64,000 nt of DNA from Truepera sp. Its GTDB lineage: Bacteria; Deinococcota; Deinococci; Deinococcales; Trueperaceae. The position numbers and the translations under genes were made by a program. Location: assembly GCA_965215315.1 (NCBI GenBank), contig CBDCDB010000008.1, positions 441,515 through 505,514 of the forward strand. The letters are read 5' to 3'. Below the pieces are notes generated by a model. It was not told where the DNA came from and made no database searches. It was given only the letters and a program-made list of their open reading frames with translations. The stretch's first letter is position 1, and every line of letters starts with the position of its first letter. Of the stretch, positions 57,411-64,000 are shown piece after piece.

Positions 57411-58565
57411 ATGAAAAAACTCAAAATGGGCATGGTTGGCGGCGGCAAAGACGCCTTTATCGGCGCGGTTCACCGGATGGCGGCAGCACTTGACGGTCAA
57501 ATTGACTTTGTGGCAGGGGCGCTCTCGTCTACGCCGGAAAAGGCCAAAGCGTCGGGAATTGAACTGGGCCTAGCAGAAAACCGCGCTTACGGCTCGTGGG
57601 AAGAGATGTTGGGCGGTGAGCAAGCCCTACCCGAAGACGAACGTATCGATTTCGTCTCGGTCGTAACGCCCAACCACATGCACTTTCCGGTGGCGCACGC
57701 CTTCGCTGAGGCAGGCTTTAACGTCGTGTCAGACAAGCCGCTGGTACATACGAGCGAACAAGCCGACGAACTTATCAAAACAGTTGAGAAAACCGGCGTC
57801 GTCTTTGCCGTAACCTACAACTATTCGGGCTATCCGATGATTAAAGAGGCGAAGCATCTGGTCGCATCCGGACAACTCGGCAAAATCCGCAAAGTTATCG
57901 CCGAATACAACCAGGGTTGGCTCGCTGAAGAGGTGTCGAACAAACAGGCCGACTGGCGCACCGACCCCTCAAAAAGCGGTTTAGCTGGAGCCATCGGTGA
58001 CATCGGCTCTCACGCTGAGCAGCTAGTAAGTTACGTGACGGCTTTGGAACTTGACAGTATCTGCGCCGACCTGACCAGCTTCGTTCCGGGCCGCAAGCTT
58101 GATGACGACGGTAACGTGCTCCTACGGTTTGAAGACGGTGCAAAAGGTGTGCTCATCGCGTCGCAAATCTCGAGCGGTGAAGAGAACGGCCTACGGCTCA
58201 AGGTTTACGGCGAAACGGGGGGGCTCGAGTGGCACCAGGAAGAGCCGATGAACCTCTATGTCAAACCGAACGGTGAACCGGTACAGCTCAGGCGGCCCAA
58301 CAATCCGTACCTCTCAGACGCGGCCAAGAATGCCTCGAGAATCCCTCCCGGACACCCCGAAGCCTTTTTAGAAGCGTTTGCCAACGTCTACCGGGGCGCA
58401 GCGGCGGCGATGCGGGCGCGGAAAGAAGGCAGTCAAGTTCCAGCAGACGCACCCGATTTTCCGACCGTTTACGACGGGGCGCGGGGCGTGCATTTTATCG
58501 AAAAGACCGTCGAAAGTTCCCAAAGCACACAAAAATGGACGGACGCACGCTGGCGTCGGCCCTAA
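57411..58565 (+). CDS. Gfo/Idh/MocA family oxidoreductase (384 aa)
   Basis: [21 protein letters not shown].. Rossmann fold; ..[18 protein letters not shown]... Confidence 0.85.
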   Translation: MKKLKMGMVGGGKDAFIGAVHRMAAALDGQIDFVAGALSSTPEKAKASGIELGLAENRAYGSWEEMLGGEQALPEDERIDFVSVVTPNHMHFPVAHAFAEAGFNVVSDKPLVHTSEQADELIKTVEKTGVVFAVTYNYSGYPMIKEAKHLVASGQLGKIRKVIAEYNQGWLAEEVSNKQADWRTDPSKSGLAGAIGDIGSHAEQLVSYVTALELDSICADLTSFVPGRKLDDDGNVLLRFEDGAKGVLIASQISSGEENGLRLKVYGETGGLEWHQEEPMNLYVKPNGEPVQLRRPNNPYLSDAAKNASRIPPGHPEAFLEAFANVYRGAAAAMRARKEGSQVPADAPDFPTVYDGARGVHFIEKTVESSQSTQKWTDARWRRP

Positions 58566-58683
58566 GGCGTTCGGTACGTGAAGACCGAAGAACTTCTCCG
58601 AGACAGTCAAACTGGGCGCGCTGAGCTGAAACGCATTCGGTTTAAGAAGCTGTTTAAGCGGTGAGCTTTTGAAACCTATAGCA

Positions 58684-58793
58684 TTTCCACGAGAAGCTGC
58701 ACTAAGTATCACCTTAGAATGTGAGTGCTAGTCGGCACAACTTAGATGGAGAGCGTTGCCGACCGGCTGACACCTGCTACTAGAGCGTACTGG
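58684..58793 (-). repeat. Small dispersed repeat (SRE/MITE-like), copy F
   Basis: Reverse complement CTAGTAGCAGGTGTCAGCCGGTCGGCAACGCTCTCCATCTAAG..GCCGACTAGCACTCACATTCTAAGG..GGAAATGCTATAGG aligns with copies D and E. Confidence 0.7.
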
Positions 58794-59046
58794 AGATATT
58801 CTCGAGCCGAATCCACAGACGCTTTCTGCGGAGCCTCGAGGCGCTACCCATTCCTGAATACTTTCAAAATCTGACTTAGTTTGACCGTGACTTGACATAC
58901 ATCTACCAGACCGATAAAGTACGTTTTAGCTATACCAACTAGGTACCACTATTTCGACTTAAACGAAGATGTTGTGCGGGGGACGAGCCACAACGCCCAA
59001 ACGGGTGCTTTGTGTATAGCGAACTCGAGCTTGGAAAGGATACACC

Positions 59047-60066
59047 ATGAAACGAACGTTACTACTTGCGGGTCTTTTCACACTTTGTGCGGCAGCGTCG
59101 GCGCAAACGGTCGGCGTCAGCTGGTCGAACTTTCAAGAGGAACGCTGGAAAACCGACGAAGCGGCCATTAAAGGCAAACTTGAAGAACTCGGCGGCGAAT
59201 ACTTGAGCGCCGACGCCCAAAGCTCACCGGAAAAACAGCTCTCGGACATCGACGCGCTCATCACGCGTGGCGTGGACGCGTTGATTATTCTGGCGCAGGA
59301 CAACGAAGCCATTATTCCGGCAGTGACGCGGGCCGCGCTCGAGGGCATTCCGGTTATCGCCTACGACCGTTTAATAGAAGACAACAGCGTGTTTTACCTA
59401 ACCTTCGATAACGTCGAAGTCGGACGGCTGCAGGCCCAAGCCGTCTTCGACGTACAGCCGACCGGGAACTACGTCTTTATCAAAGGCAGCCCGACCGACC
59501 CTAACGCCAACTTTTTGAATCAAGGGCAGCTCGAGGTGTTGCAGAGCGCCATCGATGGCGGCGACATTACGATCGTCGGCGACCAGTACACCGATGGTTG
59601 GCTCCCGGAAAACGCGCAGCGCAATATGGAGCAGATTTTAACCGCGAACAACAACGACGTTGACGCGGTAGTCGCTTCGAACGACGGTACGGCCGGGGGC
59701 GCGGTCGCTGCGTTGACAGCGCAGGGGCTCGAGGGCTTGCCGGTTTCAGGTCAGGACGCAGACTTTGCGGCGCTCAACCGCGTCGCGCTCGGCACCCAAA
59801 CTGTGAGCGTCTGGAAAGACTCGCGTACACTGGGCGCAAACGCCGCCGAGATTGCCATGAGCTTGGCAGGGGGCGCAGACCTGACCGACGTTGAAGGTGC
59901 GACAACCTTTAGCGACGGGCCGAACGGTGTCGAGATGAACGCCATCTTGCTCAAACCTGTACCGATCACTCGAGACAACCTAGACGTCATCATCGACGCC
60001 GGCTGGATCAGTAAAGAAGAAGTATGTAAGGGCGTAGGAGACGACGCGCCGAGCGCGTGTCAGTAA
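59047..60066 (+). CDS. xylF: D-xylose ABC transporter substrate-binding protein
   Basis: Close match along the whole length to E. coli XylF (..[79 protein letters not shown]..). Confidence 0.85.
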   Translation: MKRTLLLAGLFTLCAAASAQTVGVSWSNFQEERWKTDEAAIKGKLEELGGEYLSADAQSSPEKQLSDIDALITRGVDALIILAQDNEAIIPAVTRAALEGIPVIAYDRLIEDNSVFYLTFDNVEVGRLQAQAVFDVQPTGNYVFIKGSPTDPNANFLNQGQLEVLQSAIDGGDITIVGDQYTDGWLPENAQRNMEQILTANNNDVDAVVASNDGTAGGAVAALTAQGLEGLPVSGQDADFAALNRVALGTQTVSVWKDSRTLGANAAEIAMSLAGGADLTDVEGATTFSDGPNGVEMNAILLKPVPITRDNLDVIIDAGWISKEEVCKGVGDDAPSACQ

Positions 60067-60156
60067 ACTAGGCCGTCAGAGCCGCCTTCACCGATCTGTA
60101 TCCGTACAGCATCGGCGCAGGCGGCTCTCCCCTATTTATTTTACGTACCAAATTTT

Positions 60157-61422
60157 ATGAACGAAAAAGGCATTATGGCGACTCAAAACAAGACTCGAGA
60201 CAACCTTCAAAGCAAGAAAACTAAAGGCGGTTTCAGCGGTGTGCTGGAGGCGCTCGAGCTTGACCCTCGGCTCCTCGGCATGGTCGGGGCGCTGCTCGCC
60301 ATCTGGTTTATCTTTAACATCTTTACCGACGGTACCTTTCTGACGCCGCGCAACCTCTGGAACCTAGTTGTGCAGGCAAGCGTCGTCGGCATCGTCGCGA
60401 CTGGGATGGTGCTGGTTATCGTGACCCGGCAGATCGACCTCTCGGTGGGGTCGCTGCTCGGCTTTTTAGGGATGATTATGGCGGCGGCGCAGGTCGAATG
60501 GTTGGCCCCGAACGTTCCCTTAGGCTGGCTTGTCGGCGTTCTGCTCGGCGTCGTCATCGGCGGTCTGGTCGGCGCGTTTCAGGGGTACTGGATTGCGTAT
60601 CAGGGCGTGCCGTCGTTTATCGTGACGCTGGCCGGTCTCCTCATCTGGCGCGGCGGCGCGTGGCTCGTCACGCAGGGCCGCACCGTCGCGCCGTTAGATA
60701 CACCCTTTCAAACGCTCGGCAGCGGGTCGATTGGGGGCACCTGGAGCTGGATTGTCGGGGGTGTGGCAATTCTGGCGCTCCTGTTTAGTACAGTGCGTGG
60801 ACGCGCCAAACGGCAGCGGCTCGAGTTTCCCGTCAAACCGCTCTGGGCGGAAGGCGTAACGCTTCTAGTCAGCATCGGCCTGATTGCCGGGTTCGTGATG
60901 CTGATGAACGCCTACACGCAGCCGCGCAGCGATATCCCGCGCGGGATTCCGGTACCGGCGCTGATTACCATCGTTATTGCCCTGCTGATGAACTATGTGG
61001 CGGGTCAGACCCGGTTCGGGCGTTACGTCTACGCGCTCGGCGGCAATCCCGAGGCAACGGCGCTCGCGGGCGTCGATACCAAACGGGTACGACTTTGGAT
61101 TTTCGTCATCGTCGGGATGCTCTGCGCGGTGGCCGGAGCTGTAGCGTCAGCTCGCCTCAACGCGGGTGCCAACTCGACGGGCACGCTGACTGAACTCTAC
61201 GTGATTGCCGCTGTGGTCATTGGCGGTACATCACTCGCGGGCGGTTACGGCACCATCGCCGGGGCGATGCTGGGCGCACTGTTGATGCAGAGTTTACAGA
61301 GCGGGATGGTATTGGTAGGGCTCTCGAGTCCCCTCCAGCAGGTCGTCATCGGCGGCGTCCTCATCGTCGCGGTGTGGCTCGACGTCTTGTACCGCCGCCG
61401 CAACGGTCTGGCGGCGGATTAA
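60157..61422 (+). CDS. xylH: Xylose ABC transporter permease
   Basis: Ten or more TM helices, CUT2 permease, between xylF and the ATPase. Confidence 0.75.
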   Translation: MNEKGIMATQNKTRDNLQSKKTKGGFSGVLEALELDPRLLGMVGALLAIWFIFNIFTDGTFLTPRNLWNLVVQASVVGIVATGMVLVIVTRQIDLSVGSLLGFLGMIMAAAQVEWLAPNVPLGWLVGVLLGVVIGGLVGAFQGYWIAYQGVPSFIVTLAGLLIWRGGAWLVTQGRTVAPLDTPFQTLGSGSIGGTWSWIVGGVAILALLFSTVRGRAKRQRLEFPVKPLWAEGVTLLVSIGLIAGFVMLMNAYTQPRSDIPRGIPVPALITIVIALLMNYVAGQTRFGRYVYALGGNPEATALAGVDTKRVRLWIFVIVGMLCAVAGAVASARLNAGANSTGTLTELYVIAAVVIGGTSLAGGYGTIAGAMLGALLMQSLQSGMVLVGLSSPLQQVVIGGVLIVAVWLDVLYRRRNGLAAD

Positions 61423-61423
61423 C

Positions 61424-62179
61424 ATGACCACCCAAACAAACACACCGCTTATTGAAATGCGTCACATCTACAAATCGTTCGGCGGCGTTCACGCGGTCGA
61501 AGACGTTTCCGTTGACCTCTACCCCGGCGAGGTGTTAGGCCTGTTAGGTCACAACGGAGCAGGGAAAAGCACCCTGATTAAGATTCTTTCAGGCGCTTAT
61601 ACCGCTGATAAAGGCGATATCTTGGTCGCCGGACAACCTGCCACAATTCGCACGCCCAAAGACGCCAAAACCTACGGCGTCGAGACCATCTATCAGGCGC
61701 TCGCACTAGCTGACAACCTCACCGCGTCGGCCAACATCTTTTTAGGGCGTGAACTGACCGGGCCTTTCGGGGCCGTGGACGACGATAAGATGGAGGGCGA
61801 AACGCGCAAGATTCTAGACCGCCTAGACCTCAAAATCGGCTCCCTTCGCGACCCGGTGCGGAACTTTTCCGGCGGTCAGCGTCAAGCGATTGCCATCGGC
61901 AGAGCGGTCTACTTCAATGCTAAAGTCTTGATCATGGACGAACCGACTGCCGCGCTAGGCCCGCAAGAGACGCAAAAAGTCGGTGAGCTGATCGAACAGC
62001 TTAAACGCGAAGGGATCGGAATTTTTCTGATCAGTCACGACATTCACGACGTCTTTAACCTGACCGACCGGGTGAGCGTGATGCACAACGGACGGCTCGT
62101 CGGGACGCACCGAACGCAAGACGTCACGCAAGACGAAGTGTTAAGCATGATTATTTTGGGTCAGGACAAAGCTGCTTGA
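61424..62179 (+). CDS. xylG: Sugar ABC transporter ATP-binding protein, single ABC domain (251 aa; XylG function inferred from context)
   Basis: Walker [11 protein letters not shown], signature [14 protein letters not shown], Walker [11 protein letters not shown]. Only one ABC domain, unlike the two-domain E. coli XylG. Confidence 0.75.
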   Translation: MTTQTNTPLIEMRHIYKSFGGVHAVEDVSVDLYPGEVLGLLGHNGAGKSTLIKILSGAYTADKGDILVAGQPATIRTPKDAKTYGVETIYQALALADNLTASANIFLGRELTGPFGAVDDDKMEGETRKILDRLDLKIGSLRDPVRNFSGGQRQAIAIGRAVYFNAKVLIMDEPTAALGPQETQKVGELIEQLKREGIGIFLISHDIHDVFNLTDRVSVMHNGRLVGTHRTQDVTQDEVLSMIILGQDKAA

Positions 62180-62262
62180 GTTTGACTTGCTCGAGTTTAG
62201 CCTGCTTGAGTTCAACAGTACGGTGGTTTAGGCTGAAGCAAGCTTTACTTACATAGGAGTTT

Positions 62263-63429
62263 TTGATGACCTTAACCCCGCAAGCCTCGGATAAGCTTAC
62301 GTTTGGCCTCTGGACGGTCGGTAACCCCGGTCGTGACCCCTTTGGCGAACCGACCCGGAAGCCCCTAAAGCCCATCTACAGCGTCGAAAAGCTCGCCGCG
62401 TTGGGCGCTTACGGCGTTTCGCTACACGACAACGACTTGGTGCCGTTTGACGCTTCGCTGCAAGAACGAGACCGCATCGTCGCCGAGTTTAAGGGGGCGC
62501 TCAGCGACCACGGCCTCAAAGTCACGATGGCGACCACGAATCTATTTACCGACCCTGTGTTTAAGGACGGTGCGTTTACCTCCGCCGACGCACGGGTACG
62601 CGCGTTTGCACTGCAAAAAACGATGAAGTCGATTGATCTGGGGGCCGAACTCGGCGCGCCAACCTACGTTTTTTGGGGCGGACGCGAGGGCGCGGAAGTA
62701 GACGCGGGTTGCAATACGATGGACGCTTTGGAGCATTTCCGTGAAGCGCTCAACTTTTTAGCTGAGTATTCGGCCGCTCAGGGGTACGGCTTTAGGTTCG
62801 CCCTCGAGCCCAAACCTAACGAACCCCGTGGCGATATCTACCTGCCGACCGTCGGCTCAGCGCTAGGCTTTATCACCACGCTCGACAAACCTGAACACTT
62901 CGGCGTCAACCCCGAGTTCGCGCACGAGACGATGGCCGGGCTGTCGTTTCCGCACGCGGTCGCTCAAGCACTCGACGCGGGCAAGCTCTTCCACATCGAT
63001 TTGAACGACCAGAAGCCGGGCCGCTTCGACCAGGATTTGCGTTTCGGCGCAGAAAACCTTAAGGGCGCATTTTTTACCGTAAAACTTCTGGAGGAATCCG
63101 GTTACGACGGCGTGCGGCACTTCGACGCGCACGCGCTCCGCACTGAAGACGAGGCCGGGGTGTGGGCGTTCGCCGAGGGCTGCATCAAGACGTACCTGAT
63201 GCTCAAGGAAAAGGTCAAACAGTTCGGCCAAGACAGCGAGATTCAGGGGCTTATCTCGGAATATAAGGTGAAAGACGCGGGGCTCGAGGCGCTCAGCCAA
63301 ACGTTTACGGCGGAAAATGCCGAGTCACTAAAAAGCCGTTCTTTCGACGTTGAAGCGCTCAGAACACGCGGGCCGGGGCTTGAAAAGCTTGACCAGTTGA
63401 CGATAGAGCTGCTTTTGGGAATGCGCTGA
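62263..63429 (+). CDS. xylA: Xylose isomerase (class I, about 388 aa)
   Basis: ..FGLWTVG..FHD.D..; ..FVFWGGREG..; ..[13 protein letters not shown]..; ..NPEFAHE..; ..LFHIDLNDQ.. are the class-I XylA signatures. Confidence 0.9.
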   Translation: MMTLTPQASDKLTFGLWTVGNPGRDPFGEPTRKPLKPIYSVEKLAALGAYGVSLHDNDLVPFDASLQERDRIVAEFKGALSDHGLKVTMATTNLFTDPVFKDGAFTSADARVRAFALQKTMKSIDLGAELGAPTYVFWGGREGAEVDAGCNTMDALEHFREALNFLAEYSAAQGYGFRFALEPKPNEPRGDIYLPTVGSALGFITTLDKPEHFGVNPEFAHETMAGLSFPHAVAQALDAGKLFHIDLNDQKPGRFDQDLRFGAENLKGAFFTVKLLEESGYDGVRHFDAHALRTEDEAGVWAFAEGCIKTYLMLKEKVKQFGQDSEIQGLISEYKVKDAGLEALSQTFTAENAESLKSRSFDVEALRTRGPGLEKLDQLTIELLLGMR

Positions 63430-63449
63430 ACGCTCCACCGTAAATAAAA

Positions 63450-63480
63450 GAGGGCGACTGCGTAAACAGTCGCCCTTAAC
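63450..63480. terminator. Bidirectional terminator after xylA
   Basis: AGGGCGACTG-CGTAAA-CAGTCGCCCT followed by a T-rich tract. Confidence 0.65.
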
Positions 63481-63496
63481 TTTGCAAAACGTCAAC

Positions 63497-64000
63497 TCAG
63501 TTTGAGGCGGACGCGCCGAAGGTGGCCTCGAGTGCCCCCACTGCATCTTCCCCGTCCGCCGTTTTGACACCCTCAGCCCAGCCTTTGACCGTCGCCAGAT
63601 TTGCCCGAATCCACTCGTCTGCGACCTCTTCCGGGTCGCGCCCCTGATGCCCGTAATCTTCAATCCAGCCGCTCTGCACTTCAGAAGTGACCGCAAACTG
63701 TTCCAAAAACTTCGCCAGGTTCGGGTTTTCTTCTAGATACTGCGTGTTGGCTACCGTAGCGACGTAACCTTCGCCGCCCCAAATGTCTTCGGGGTCGTCC
63801 AGATACGAGATATCAAACGCCGTATTCATCCAGTGCGGTTTCCAGCCGGAAAAGACAATCCAGTCGCCGCGTTCGGTAGCACGCTCGACCATCTGCAGCA
63901 TCCCCTGCTCGGAGCTTTCGACGAGCTGCCAATCTTTTAGCCCGTAGGTATCGGCTTCGATGGCCTTGCGCATAATTTCATTGCCGTCGTTGCCCGGTTC
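63497..64000 (-). CDS. Glycine betaine/osmoprotectant ABC transporter substrate-binding protein (OpuAC/ProX-like), C-terminal part; gene continues past the window end
   Basis: ..SGWKPHWMNTAFDISYLDDPEDIWGGEGYVATV.. matches the OpuAC substrate-binding domain. Confidence 0.7.
   Translation of the reverse strand, partial: EPGNDGNEIMRKAIEADTYGLKDWQLVESSEQGMLQMVERATERGDWIVFSGWKPHWMNTAFDISYLDDPEDIWGGEGYVATVANTQYLEENPNLAKFLEQFAVTSEVQSGWIEDYGHQGRDPEEVADEWIRANLATVKGWAEGVKTADGEDAVGALEATFGASASN

Overview
This is a high-GC chromosomal window (about 60-65 % GC in coding regions) from a bacterium whose gene content resembles Deinococcota; this is an inference from IDI-2, a long-form DeoC, a TIGR03492-type LpxB-related protein, class-I XylA and dispersed small repeat elements. 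The first 1.5 kb holds two insertion sequences: an IS630-family remnant and a complete IS5/IS427-group IS with a programmed -1 frameshift. A minus-strand core follows, 1.6-21.6 kb. It contains a double-domain aldehyde dehydrogenase translationally coupled to a VapBC pair, two tandem RimJ/RimL-type GNAT acetyltransferases coupled to a second VapBC pair, and deoC. It also contains YihY, an SDR, IDI-2, a secreted S8 lipoprotein protease, NUDIX, SseA-type sulfurtransferase, an MFS exporter, TrmH, HAD, a split Nit+NadE NAD synthetase and VOC proteins. Next comes a lower-GC, ORF-poor 1.2 kb stretch that begins with two copies of a small TIR-bearing repeat (MITE/SRE-like). I find six copies of this repeat in the window. 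The region 29.2-34.0 kb looks like a decaying accessory segment: an IS982-family element with a frameshifted transposase, a chain of broken ORFs, a frameshifted SPFH/flotillin-like gene and a doubly frameshifted ACC deaminase (acdS) pseudogene. The rest is housekeeping and metabolic: an ABC exporter, orphan modA, nadK-cmk-aroA, sufE, a CstR/CstB/TauE-like persulfide locus, rpmE, an orphan GAF histidine kinase, a ThuA/Gfo-Idh-MocA/TIM-barrel/ABC 3-keto-sugar-type locus, and a xylFHG-xylA xylose operon. No rRNA, tRNA or CRISPR array is evident. I did not find a clear-cut novel multi-gene system such as a defense system. The most interesting structures are the repeat family, the ORF-free region, the pseudogene island and the TA/GNAT operon.
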